From a virus (lineage: Duplodnaviria; Caudoviricetes), in IMG/VR virus record IMGVR_UViG_3300025450_001231: a stretch of DNA of 64,000 nucleotides; one strand, given 5' to 3'. Of the stretch, positions 1 to 8,693 are shown piece after piece. Made by a program: the position numbers and the translations under genes. Position 1 is the first letter of the stretch; every line of letters begins with the position of its first letter. The notes under the pieces were generated by a model that saw only the letters and a list, made by a program, of their open reading frames with translations, ran no database searches and had not been told where the DNA came from.

Positions 1-1
1 C

Positions 2-697
2 AATGGTGTAGATTTTCTTAAAACTAAAATTGAAGGTTTTGTTAGTACATTACCATTCGGACATCTTAAAATTGTACTGTTGGATGAAGCAGACTATTTG
101 AGTCACAATGCACAAGGTCTGTTACGTGGGCTTATGGAAACATATCAAAGCCAAGCAAGATTTATCTTAACTTGTAATTTGATACACAAAATTATTCCGC
201 CACTGAGAAGTCGTTCTGCAGAAATACATATTAATAAAACTGATATAACTGAATTTACTGCCAGAGCTGCTACCATATTGGTAACTGAAGGTGTTGAGTT
301 TGATTTGGATACTTTGGACAGTTATGTCAAAGCAACTTATCCAGATCTTCGCAAGTGTTTGAATTTGCTACAACCAAACAGCTCTTCAGGCAAACTTATA
401 TCTCCCAAAGAGTCAGACTCTGGCACACAAGATTATAAACTTGCTATGGTAGACCTGTTTAAGCAACGTAAAATCAAAGAAGCAAGAGCATTGTTATGCA
501 GTCAAGCTCGTCCAGAAGAAATGGAAGACATCTTCCGTTGGATGTACGACAATCTAGATCTTTGGAGTGCCACTGATCAAGGACAAGATGAAGCCATCGT
601 TATTATTCGTCGAGGTTTAGCTAATCATACCTTGGTCGGAGATCACGAAATAAATTTAAGCGCAACCATTACAGAATTGGCCCGAATTGAGCAATAA
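2..697 (+). CDS. Clamp loader (RFC / T4 gp44-like AAA+) subunit, 5'-truncated by the window edge
   Basis: The frame is open from position 2 (NGVDFLKTKIEGFVSTLPFGHLKIVLLDEADYLS). Walker B IVLLDEAD, FILTCN, sensor LRSR and the RFC-type PDLRKCLNLLQ helix are present. Confidence 0.9.
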   Translation, partial: NGVDFLKTKIEGFVSTLPFGHLKIVLLDEADYLSHNAQGLLRGLMETYQSQARFILTCNLIHKIIPPLRSRSAEIHINKTDITEFTARAATILVTEGVEFDLDTLDSYVKATYPDLRKCLNLLQPNSSSGKLISPKESDSGTQDYKLAMVDLFKQRKIKEARALLCSQARPEEMEDIFRWMYDNLDLWSATDQGQDEAIVIIRRGLANHTLVGDHEINLSATITELARIEQ

Positions 698-1043
698 AGA
701 CATACATTTGGTAGCTTTTTACCACCTTAAACCCAAGAACCCTAACAAGACTAAAGATGCAGGGTATATGACTAATCCCGACAATATTGCGATGGATGAG
801 TCTATAAATATTACTAGAGGATTAAAAACTCGGGATCAACTGTCAGCAAGAGTGATACTGAATCTATCAAAAGAAACAGTAGTAAGAAATACTTTTAATG
901 ATGGTAGAGACTACGCCAGTTTGTTAGCACACTATCAAGAAGGCTACCCGCAGTATATTAATCCATTGCTAGCACAACTATATCCGGAGGAAGTCAATGG
1001 CAACGTCAATGTATCTAACCAAGAAGAAGAAAAGAGCAGTTGA
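687..1043 (+). CDS. Hypothetical phage protein
   Basis: 118 aa ORF tightly overlapping its neighbours; TTG start uncertain. Confidence 0.6.
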   Translation: MSNKDIHLVAFYHLKPKNPNKTKDAGYMTNPDNIAMDESINITRGLKTRDQLSARVILNLSKETVVRNTFNDGRDYASLLAHYQEGYPQYINPLLAQLYPEEVNGNVNVSNQEEEKSS

Positions 1044-1236
1044 TCTTGATGCTCCTCCTCGTCCCACACTATTGGGACACGAGAAGGAAATGAAACATTG
1101 GCGAGAACAATTCGGAGAGTTGGCTGATAGAAATGTTCACCAAACCATCACTATCAAAGCATTGGAACGCAAAGTCAATAGACTAGAAGCACAGTTAGAT
1201 GCACTGAGCAGTTATATGAAAAGAAATCTTAGATGA
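997..1236 (+). CDS. Hypothetical coiled-coil protein
   Basis: 79 aa ORF with a C-terminal heptad pattern (IKALERKVNRLEAQLDAL). Confidence 0.6.
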   Translation: MATSMYLTKKKKRAVDLDAPPRPTLLGHEKEMKHWREQFGELADRNVHQTITIKALERKVNRLEAQLDALSSYMKRNLR

Positions 1237-1424
1237 TGGATAACGATTATATAAAACAACGTATGGAAGCCATGATGGCTCCTATTGATAGTTGTATACA
1301 ACTCACCGACGACAGGCAAGATATGTTGATGTTGGCCTGTGCAATGATGCAACGTACTAGGGAAATCTTCGATAATGAAATCGGAGAAGAAGGTCGAAAA
1401 ATAATGTTCAAGGAATTAAGTTGA
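1233..1424 (+). CDS. Hypothetical protein
   Basis: 63 aa ORF with ATGA overlap to the previous gene. Confidence 0.6.
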   Translation: MMDNDYIKQRMEAMMAPIDSCIQLTDDRQDMLMLACAMMQRTREIFDNEIGEEGRKIMFKELS

Positions 1425-2017
1425 AAGATTCAGTAATACTAGTAGATGCAGACGGCGTACTTTTGAATTGGGAATATGCATTTGCAATTTGGATGGAACA
1501 ACACGGATTCAATATAATTCCTGGCGGCGAGCTAAAATATGATATTGGAGATAGATACAATATCGACCACGAACAAAGTCGCACCTTAATCAAGATGTTT
1601 AATGAATCTGCGGCCATTGGATTTTTGCCACCATTGCGTGATTCAATGCATTATGTAAAAAAACTGCACGAAGAACACGGCTATGTATTCCATTGCATTA
1701 CTAGTCTGAGCACAGATCCTAATGCACAAAAACTTAGAGAAATGAATCTGCGAAAGTTGTTTGGTAAAACAGCGTTTGCTAAGATTATTTGTTTGAGTAC
1801 TGGAGCCGATAAGGATTATGCACTAGCCCCTTATAAAAACTCAGAGTGTTGGTGGATTGAAGATAAACCTGAGAATGCCGAAACTGGTCATAAATTAGGA
1901 TTGAATTCTATTCTCATTGAACACGGTCATAATATGTGGTATCAGCACGATGCTATTCCACTGGTTAAAAACTGGCGTGATGTTTACAACATCATTACAG
2001 GGAACAACCTAAATTGA
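1421..2017 (+). CDS. HAD-superfamily hydrolase, 5'(3')-deoxyribonucleotidase-like
   Basis: Motif I LVDADGVLL and motif IV WIEDKPEN. Confidence 0.8.
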   Translation: MKDSVILVDADGVLLNWEYAFAIWMEQHGFNIIPGGELKYDIGDRYNIDHEQSRTLIKMFNESAAIGFLPPLRDSMHYVKKLHEEHGYVFHCITSLSTDPNAQKLREMNLRKLFGKTAFAKIICLSTGADKDYALAPYKNSECWWIEDKPENAETGHKLGLNSILIEHGHNMWYQHDAIPLVKNWRDVYNIITGNNLN

Positions 2018-2037
2018 TCCCTGTAATTATTGCGCGA

Positions 2038-2781
2038 TTAAATCTCCTTGTAAATTTTTAATACTTCGATAACTGCTGGATGTCTTTGAATATCCTTGCC
2101 AGTTAACTCGACTCCGTCAACAAAGCGTGCTGCTTTGTAACTGTCAACTAATGCTTTGAAGTCTAATAGGCCATTGTCTAGGTCTGATCGGTCCGCTTGG
2201 CGAGTATCGCCAGTGACTATCATTTTACTACCTTCGCCGATCCGGGTTAACAGCATTTTCATTTGGTTAGGTGTCGCGTTTTGCATTTCGTCTGCAATAA
2301 TCCACGAATTCTTAAATGTCCGTCCCCGCATGAATGCCAGTGGAGATATCTCGATAATTTGTTCGTCTAGCATTCGGGCAATTTCTTTTCTATCGTAATA
2401 TTCAGCCAATACGTCAAATAAAGGCCTTGTCCACGGTTCCATCTTTTGATTCAAATCTCCAGGTAGAAATCCGTGCTGTTCATCATCTACACCTACTGCT
2501 GGTCTGGTTAGCACGATTTTGGTAATCGATCCTTCCTTTAGTGCTTTTATCCCAGCTAACATAGCCAACATAGTTTTACCTGTACCAGCTGGTCCTGTGG
2601 CAAAGACTATAATCTTTGTAGGATCAGTTAACAAATTAACGTATGTTTCTTGATTTAGGGTTTTTGGTAGCAGATGAACTTGACGTTTTTTGCTGCTATA
2701 GTAAGTGTTCAAACTTACAATTTTGTTGTCTACAACCATTTGTGCTTGTAGTTCTCTACGATTGCTGCTTTTTCTTGACAA
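2038..2781 (-). CDS. phoH: PhoH-family ATPase
   Basis: GPAGTGKT Walker A, LTRPAV, PLAFMRGRTF, IIADEMQN, GDTRQAD, RHP. Start placed at TTG 2781 because GGAGG (2791-2787, - strand) precedes it. Confidence 0.92.
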   Translation of the reverse strand: MSRKSSNRRELQAQMVVDNKIVSLNTYYSSKKRQVHLLPKTLNQETYVNLLTDPTKIIVFATGPAGTGKTMLAMLAGIKALKEGSITKIVLTRPAVGVDDEQHGFLPGDLNQKMEPWTRPLFDVLAEYYDRKEIARMLDEQIIEISPLAFMRGRTFKNSWIIADEMQNATPNQMKMLLTRIGEGSKMIVTGDTRQADRSDLDNGLLDFKALVDSYKAARFVDGVELTGKDIQRHPAVIEVLKIYKEI

Positions 2782-2960
2782 TGTGTCCTCCTGATTGGAT
2801 TGTGGACTTGGTGTTGTTAAAAGGACTGTAACAACACAATCCACGATAATATTTAAGACTATGAAAATAGAGCAATCAATAGCTATAATTCTTATTTTAC
2901 AGACATAAGTATTAAGCTCCGAGCAAACTTCTAAGAAACTACATCTGCTGTCAAAAATAA

Positions 2961-2966
2961 TAAATA
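2961..2966 (+). promoter_or_regulatory. T4-late-type promoter TAAATA, probably giving a near-leaderless transcript
   Basis: TAAATA lies 5 nt before ATG 2972 and there is no SD; the motif recurs before many genes here. Confidence 0.6.
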
Positions 2967-2971
2967 ACTAT

Positions 2972-3526
2972 ATGGCCGCAAATATTAAAGATATCTTAGA
3001 TAACGTAAAAACCATCTATATGAGTGACAGCAGTTTAGAAACTCTGCTGGACTACGAACGTGTATTAGATGAGCTTGATCTCTATACTTTCAGTAACTGG
3101 AAAAAAGGCGAGCTGGTCAACGGCCCAGTATATGAAAAATACTTTGTAACCTGCACTTGGATGTATAACTTCAGAGAAATGCCTGATCCTGCAGGAGCAG
3201 AAAGACTATTAAATTATGGTTGCGAAATCAACTATAAAAAAGACACATTGGAATATCCTATCAAAGTTAAAAGTCCCGAAGACTTCAAACCTGGAACAAA
3301 AGTTCCACGTATGGTCAGCAAGCCAATTTGGCTAGTGGAAATTACCATTCCCAAACGTTTGATGAGTGACATACAACAGGGATCAATTGAATTAGAAAGC
3401 GAAACCCTGGATAGCGAAGAAATTGAAACCGCATACGAGCAAGGTGACGATGATGATGTTTTCCAAACCGCAAATAGCCCACAGGATCAAGCGCAACAAA
3501 CAGCGCCCAATATACCAAATGTCTAA
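2972..3526 (+). CDS. Conserved-type hypothetical jumbo-phage protein
   Basis: 184 aa ORF with an acidic C-terminus, under a late-type promoter. Confidence 0.7.
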   Translation: MAANIKDILDNVKTIYMSDSSLETLLDYERVLDELDLYTFSNWKKGELVNGPVYEKYFVTCTWMYNFREMPDPAGAERLLNYGCEINYKKDTLEYPIKVKSPEDFKPGTKVPRMVSKPIWLVEITIPKRLMSDIQQGSIELESETLDSEEIETAYEQGDDDDVFQTANSPQDQAQQTAPNIPNV

Positions 3527-4139
3527 ATTAGCTAAACTACTCGAGGGAGCAGAAAAGGGCGACTTGTTTAGAGTCGTTCATCCTAAACTTCACATTGACG
3601 AATTTAAGAGCAAAATGGGAAGTGACAGCAATATCATTGTTCTAAGTTTTAAGTTAACCAGCAAAGAACCCGCCAACGATTTGATGAATTTTATCGAACG
3701 TGGCTATCCTTGGGTATTGGATTCCGATGTTAGCTCAGGTGAATTAGATGACGGCGAGTATTTGGTATTTGTAGAACTAGAACGCGATCCCGAAGCTGCT
3801 GAACAAATAGTCAAGTTAATGAAGGATCTGCTTAATCTTACCAATCAAAAACTCAGTGACTGGCGTGTACAGTATCAAAAAAGCCGCGAAGAATACGAAA
3901 TCAGCGAAGAAAGTATTCGTACACACGTACCACTAACTCCCGAGTCGTATGATGCAAAATACAAGTCAGAAAAGGACGAAATCGAGTACGAAGTTCCTGA
4001 AATTAGTCCCGAAGATGAAGATGCCAAGTTCAACAAAGAACTAGAAGCAATGAAAGAATCCGCAAGGATTATTACACGTAAACAAGCACCAGTTAATGAC
4101 TGGACCAACAGTATCAGAGTAGCTGCCGGTTTGAAATAA
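3519..4139 (+). CDS. Hypothetical phage protein
   Basis: Likely start ATG 3519 (MSKLAKLLEG), overlapping the upstream stop. Confidence 0.7.
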   Translation: MSKLAKLLEGAEKGDLFRVVHPKLHIDEFKSKMGSDSNIIVLSFKLTSKEPANDLMNFIERGYPWVLDSDVSSGELDDGEYLVFVELERDPEAAEQIVKLMKDLLNLTNQKLSDWRVQYQKSREEYEISEESIRTHVPLTPESYDAKYKSEKDEIEYEVPEISPEDEDAKFNKELEAMKESARIITRKQAPVNDWTNSIRVAAGLK

Positions 4140-4149
4140 GTTGGTTTGC

Positions 4150-4155
4150 TAAATA
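4150..4155 (+). promoter_or_regulatory. T4-late-type promoter for the lysis cassette
   Basis: CTAAATA upstream of SD AAGGAG and ATG 4183. Confidence 0.6.
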
Positions 4156-4182
4156 CATTAGCAACTGAACGTTCAAGGAGCA

Positions 4183-4821
4183 ATGATGGCTGACAGTTTT
4201 ACTTTCAATTTCACGCAAGACCAATTAAATCAAATAGTACCTGGCAATCCTTATATTGACCACTGGTACGAAGCATTTTGTAAAATACTTCCTGATTACG
4301 ATATCAATACTCCTGCACGTGTAGCAGCATTCTTGGCGCAGTGCGCACACGAAAGCAATGGCTTCAAGGCTATTAAGGAAAACTTAAACTATCGTCCAGA
4401 AAGTTTAATGGCCTTGTTTGGCAAACATTTTCCTGGTGGTTTAGCAGAAGCACAACAGTATGCGCACAATCAAGAAATGATTGCCAATAGAATTTATGCA
4501 AATCGTATGGGCAACGGAGACGAAGCATCAGGTGATGGATTTCGTTATTGCGGTCGTGGGCTAATTCAATTGACTGGTAAAAGTAATTACAAGCGTTTTG
4601 CAGAAAGCATTGATACACCATTGGAAGAAGTTACAGAATTCATGGGCACATTTGAAGGATGTATTCAAAGTGCTTGTTGGTTTTGGGAAACCAACAATTT
4701 GAATCGCTGGGCAGACCAAGGCGACATACTTACATTAACTAAAAAAATCAACGGCGGTACACTAGGGTTGGCAGAACGCCAAGCACACTATCAAAAAGCA
4801 GTTCAAGTACTAGGCGGTTAA
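4183..4821 (+). CDS. Glycoside hydrolase family 19 endolysin
   Basis: AAFLAQCAHES, ENLNY, YANRMGNG, YCGRGLIQLTGKSNY, SACWFW, TKKINGGTLGL. Confidence 0.92.
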   Translation: MMADSFTFNFTQDQLNQIVPGNPYIDHWYEAFCKILPDYDINTPARVAAFLAQCAHESNGFKAIKENLNYRPESLMALFGKHFPGGLAEAQQYAHNQEMIANRIYANRMGNGDEASGDGFRYCGRGLIQLTGKSNYKRFAESIDTPLEEVTEFMGTFEGCIQSACWFWETNNLNRWADQGDILTLTKKINGGTLGLAERQAHYQKAVQVLGG

Positions 4822-4822
4822 T

Positions 4823-5272
4823 ATGTGGATACTGAGTTTTTTGCCTGATAGTTTGCTGCAACTTGCAGTATATGGCACTATCATTGCAGGCGGCGTTTTG
4901 TATGCGGCCGGCTTACTAATGAATTTTTTACCTTGGTTAGTACCTTATAAAGAACCAGTACGTATTTTGAGTACTGTATTTTTGGTAGCCGGTGTATATT
5001 TTTATGGAAGTTACGACAATGAAATGAGTTGGCGTAAACGAGTAGAAGAAATTCAAGCAAAAGTAGCAGTGGCCGAAGAACAAAGCAAAACTGCAAATGT
5101 AAAAATCGATAATAAAATTCAAACTCGCACACAGGTTGTGCACGATGTCAAAGTTGTAGTCAAAGAACGTATTCGCGAAATAGCTGCAAAAGCTGATGCC
5201 GAGTGCAAAGTTGATCCAGAAATAGTTAAATCTTTGAATAAGGCTGCAGTAGGCACAAAGGATAGTCAATGA
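4823..5272 (+). CDS. i-spanin (Rz)-like membrane protein
   Basis: N-terminal TM helices followed by a coiled coil, directly after the endolysin. Confidence 0.65.
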   Translation: MWILSFLPDSLLQLAVYGTIIAGGVLYAAGLLMNFLPWLVPYKEPVRILSTVFLVAGVYFYGSYDNEMSWRKRVEEIQAKVAVAEEQSKTANVKIDNKIQTRTQVVHDVKVVVKERIREIAAKADAECKVDPEIVKSLNKAAVGTKDSQ

Positions 5273-5535
5273 AAAAATCAATCGTAGCATTAGTGGTGTT
5301 ATTAACAGGATGTGCAACTACTGTACCTGTTACTATGAAATTCCCCCAACGTCCTGAAACTTTATCTCAGTCTTGCCCAGACTTAAAAACCATACCCGAA
5401 GACACTGATAAAATCAGTGTGGTATCTGATGTAGTAGTTGATAACTATGCACAATATCGTGAATGTAAAATCAAAGTGGACGGTTGGTTAGAATGGTATG
5501 AAAATCAACGTAAGATTTTTGAAAGCATCAAATGA
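5269..5535 (+). CDS. o-spanin (Rz1)-like lipoprotein
   Basis: Lipobox LLTG-C, Pro-rich segment, Cys pair, follows the Rz-like gene. Confidence 0.7.
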   Translation: MKKSIVALVVLLTGCATTVPVTMKFPQRPETLSQSCPDLKTIPEDTDKISVVSDVVVDNYAQYRECKIKVDGWLEWYENQRKIFESIK

Positions 5536-5933
5536 AAAAATTACTAGTACTGTTGTCAATATTTGCATTAAACGGATGTGCTGTTTATGATGCTTACTTT
5601 ATGGCCAAATTTGATAACAACGAATACAAGTTAATAAACGACATCCGAACAAAAGCAAATCTAGGTGCAGCAAAATGCGGTACCGATGATGCAATTGTAG
5701 CAGTGGATGATTTATACAGAACTACAGTAGAATTTAGAAACTACGCAGAATATATTCCTCATAACGAAGAAGTTATAAGGTTAAGCAAAGAGTTCAGCGA
5801 AATGGCAAAAACATTCAGTGAACACTACCACACTACTCCCAAGGTTAGTACAACATACTGTACTATTAAATTTGGTAGTTTAGAGAAAAATGCGGTTATA
5901 GTACAAAACGTAGTTGGAAGGAAACCAAAATGA
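5532..5933 (+). CDS. Second lipoprotein of the lysis region
   Basis: Signal peptide with lipobox ALNG-C. Confidence 0.65.
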   Translation: MKKLLVLLSIFALNGCAVYDAYFMAKFDNNEYKLINDIRTKANLGAAKCGTDDAIVAVDDLYRTTVEFRNYAEYIPHNEEVIRLSKEFSEMAKTFSEHYHTTPKVSTTYCTIKFGSLEKNAVIVQNVVGRKPK

Positions 5934-6178
5934 GTTTAGAAACAGATTTGCACGCAATGAAAGACAGTGGAGATCCATTTTTAATGGATTTAGGAACCCA
6001 AGCAGAAAACATTAAAACAATGTTTGACAACGGAGAACTAACCAACAGTGAGTATTTAGATCTGTTAAACGATCTTATTAAGAGTAAAAATATAAATGAT
6101 GCGGTACAAGACCTTGCTGCCAAAGAAAGAGTCAACAGTATACTTAACGCATTAGTAACCTTAGCCAGCGTATCATAA
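5930..6178 (+). CDS. Hypothetical protein
   Basis: 82 aa ORF, ATGA-coupled to the previous gene. Confidence 0.6.
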   Translation: MSLETDLHAMKDSGDPFLMDLGTQAENIKTMFDNGELTNSEYLDLLNDLIKSKNINDAVQDLAAKERVNSILNALVTLASVS

Positions 6179-6192
6179 TAAAGGAGCACAAA

Positions 6193-6789
6193 ATGGCATT
6201 AATCGATAGCGTATTAAATCTAATCACAAAACAACCAAAAGATCCGGACGCACCAAAGCCACCAGTAGGTAGCCGTAGCGAACGTGAAGCCAAAATCAAA
6301 GACAAAGCAGGTATGGTAATCAGTGTATTTGCACTGATCCTAGCTGTTAACAGTTGGTACGGCGGAAAACTAAGCAGTATTACATTAAACAATACCATTG
6401 CAGCCAATGATGTGTGGAGTTTTTACGAAGCCAAGAGCATTAAACAAATTTTAGCTCAACAAAGTTTAGACGATGCGGTTGAGCGCCACCAAGATGAAAA
6501 AGCTGCAAAATTAAAAGCCAAAATTGATCGTTACGAAAGTGAACCCGAGACCGGTGACGGCAAAAAAGAACTAATGGACAAAGCACATAAACTAGAAGCC
6601 GAGCGTGACTATGCTAAAAAGCAAAGTCCTTGGATCGGTTTTGCCAGTACACTATACCAATTGAGTATCGTTGTATTATCAGCAAGTATTTTAGCTGTTA
6701 GTATGGAAATGTTCTGGGGAAGTTTCTTTGTTGCAGGATTAGGTTTATTGCTAAGTAGTCAAGGTGTTTGGCTTTGGTTACCAATTTAA
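6193..6789 (+). CDS. DUF4337-like membrane protein
   Basis: SD AAGGAG. A TM helix, NNTIAANDVWSFYEAKSIKQ, a coiled coil and two C-terminal TM helices resemble DUF4337. Confidence 0.65.
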   Translation: MALIDSVLNLITKQPKDPDAPKPPVGSRSEREAKIKDKAGMVISVFALILAVNSWYGGKLSSITLNNTIAANDVWSFYEAKSIKQILAQQSLDDAVERHQDEKAAKLKAKIDRYESEPETGDGKKELMDKAHKLEAERDYAKKQSPWIGFASTLYQLSIVVLSASILAVSMEMFWGSFFVAGLGLLLSSQGVWLWLPI

Positions 6790-6796
6790 CCAAAAT

Positions 6797-6804
6797 TATA
6801 AATA
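6797..6804 (+). promoter_or_regulatory. T4-late promoter, perfect TATAAATA
   Basis: Exact T4 gp55 consensus upstream of ATG 6826. Confidence 0.7.
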
Positions 6805-6825
6805 ACATATCAATCAGGAACTAAA

Positions 6826-7572
6826 ATGGCTGACCAAGATTATTGCGCACCAAGTGCTAGCGAAACAAAAAAAGAAGATTGGATGAACAGTAAATGGCGT
6901 CCAATGATGGGCTGGATGTATATGCTAGTCTGTACTATGGACTTTGTAGGATTCCCAGTATTGTGGAGTTTATTACAAATGATTAGTCATGGTAATGTAA
7001 GTAGCCAATGGCAACCATTGACTTTACAGGGTGCTGGATTATTTCATATTGCAATGGGTGCAGTTATCGGTATTAGTGCTTATGGACGTACACAGGAAAA
7101 ATTAGGCGGTGCGGCAGGACCTACTATGAGCTTTCCACAAGGCGCAGGGACAACTTATGTGCCACCTGGGCAGGGAATGGTCAATGTAAGCAATCAGCCT
7201 AATATGGGCAGTGGAATGGGCGGAGGGTTTGGAGGAAGCTCTAGTGGGTTTGGAGGAGCAAGTAATGGCGGATTCGGTTCATCAACAGGCGGCAGTTCAG
7301 CATTTGGCGCACCTTCGTCAGGAGGATTCGGCGCATCAACCGGTGGTTTTGGTTCACCAACAACACCCGCCCCAGCCGCAGGAGGCTTTGGCAGCAGTAC
7401 AGGCACTGGAACGGGAACGTTTGGGGCTAGTACAACACCAGCACCAGCAGCCGGAGGCTTCGGAGGGGGTTTTAATAGCGGGTGTGGAACAACAACTCCC
7501 GCAACTTCCGCCCCAGCGTTAAACGCTAAGGGCCAAAAGGTTGTTCCAACAGATCCAGATCCAATACTATAA
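6826..7572 (+). CDS. Holin_3TM-like membrane protein with a long Gly/Ser FG-repeat tail
   Basis: N-terminal WMNSKWRPMMGWMY...FPVLWS...GLFHIAMGAVIGISAYGRTQEK resembles the 3TM gene-transfer holin family; low-complexity C-terminus. Confidence 0.65.
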   Translation: MADQDYCAPSASETKKEDWMNSKWRPMMGWMYMLVCTMDFVGFPVLWSLLQMISHGNVSSQWQPLTLQGAGLFHIAMGAVIGISAYGRTQEKLGGAAGPTMSFPQGAGTTYVPPGQGMVNVSNQPNMGSGMGGGFGGSSSGFGGASNGGFGSSTGGSSAFGAPSSGGFGASTGGFGSPTTPAPAAGGFGSSTGTGTGTFGASTTPAPAAGGFGGGFNSGCGTTTPATSAPALNAKGQKVVPTDPDPIL

Positions 7573-7581
7573 AGGAAAATT

Positions 7582-7773
7582 ATGAAAAGTCTATTAATCG
7601 TTTTATTGTCAATGTCGTTAGGTGTAGCATTTGCAGAAACTACACCCGCAGTTCATAAAAAAGCCGAGACAACAAAAGCAGCTCCTGCAAAAAAAGCAGA
7701 AGCAGCTCCTGCAGTCAAGCATCATAAAAAAGTTGAAGGAACAGAAATTCCTTCTGCTCCAGCTAAAAAATAA
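7582..7773 (+). CDS. Small secreted Ala/Lys-rich protein
   Basis: Signal peptide ending AFA, then KKAE/APAK repeats. Confidence 0.65.
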   Translation: MKSLLIVLLSMSLGVAFAETTPAVHKKAETTKAAPAKKAEAAPAVKHHKKVEGTEIPSAPAKK

Positions 7774-7794
7774 ATATCTTTAGCAAATGGTAAG

Positions 7795-7820
7795 AAGGCA
7801 GTTGACTACTGCCTTTTTTT
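7795..7820 (+). terminator. Intrinsic terminator
   Basis: Stem AAGGCAGT / ACTGCCTT (8 bp, 5-nt loop) followed by a T run. Confidence 0.8.
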
Positions 7821-7830
7821 ATTGTATACT
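7802..7830 (+). promoter_or_regulatory. sigma70-type promoter for dnaJ
   Basis: TTGACT-17 nt-TATACT; ATG 7837 lies 7 nt after the -10. Confidence 0.75.
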
Positions 7831-7836
7831 TTATCT

Positions 7837-8670
7837 ATGAATTACTATGAAACATTGGGTGTGCCAAATACTGCATCGGAAGATGAACTCAAAAGAGCTT
7901 ATCGAAAATTAGCCAGTCAGCATCATCCAGACAAAGGCGGAAATACTGCCAAGTTCCAGGAAATTCAAGAAGCTTATGCTACACTGAGTGATCCGCAAAA
8001 ACGTGCTCAATATGATAATCCTCAACCGCAAATGGGAGGGGTTCATTTTAATTTCAACGGTCATAATATAAACGATATATTCAGCCAATTTGGATTTAAT
8101 CCTTTTGGCGGCGGCGATCCTTTTGCCAATTTCAGACATCAGCAACAACGAAATAAAGATATACGGGCCAATTTAAGTGTGACGCTCGAAGATACACTAG
8201 CAGACAGGGAAAAACACCTAAACATTAGCACTGGCCCAGGACAAACACAAGAAGTTACTGTAACCATCCCACGTGGTATTACTCCACAGACCACAATCAA
8301 ATATCCTGGACTAGGTGAACAAGTATATCCAAATTTACCAAGAGGCGATCTATATCTTACTATAAATTTGATGACCAATTGGAAGTTTCAAACTGCTGGA
8401 TTAGACCTAATAACAGACTTGACATTAGACTGTTTTCAAGCTATACTAGGTAGTGAACAAACAGTAGTTGGCCTAGACGGAAAACAATTTGTAATCAAAA
8501 CACCCGCTGGTTGCCAACACGGTACCAAATTAAAAATTTCTGGTGAGGGCCTGTGGGGATTTCAACAAGACATCAAAGGACATTTATTTGCACGTGTTAA
8601 CATTACTATCCCAACCGATCTTTCGGAAGAAAAGGTAAGTATTATCCGTAATCAACTGCTCGCAGGTTAA
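7837..8670 (+). CDS. dnaJ: DnaJ/CbpA-type co-chaperone lacking the zinc finger
   Basis: [23 protein letters not shown] (HPD motif), G/F region, C-terminal GDLY domain; no CxxCxGxG. Confidence 0.9.
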   Translation: MNYYETLGVPNTASEDELKRAYRKLASQHHPDKGGNTAKFQEIQEAYATLSDPQKRAQYDNPQPQMGGVHFNFNGHNINDIFSQFGFNPFGGGDPFANFRHQQQRNKDIRANLSVTLEDTLADREKHLNISTGPGQTQEVTVTIPRGITPQTTIKYPGLGEQVYPNLPRGDLYLTINLMTNWKFQTAGLDLITDLTLDCFQAILGSEQTVVGLDGKQFVIKTPAGCQHGTKLKISGEGLWGFQQDIKGHLFARVNITIPTDLSEEKVSIIRNQLLAG

Positions 8671-8693
8671 ATATTTTATAACAACTAAATTAA

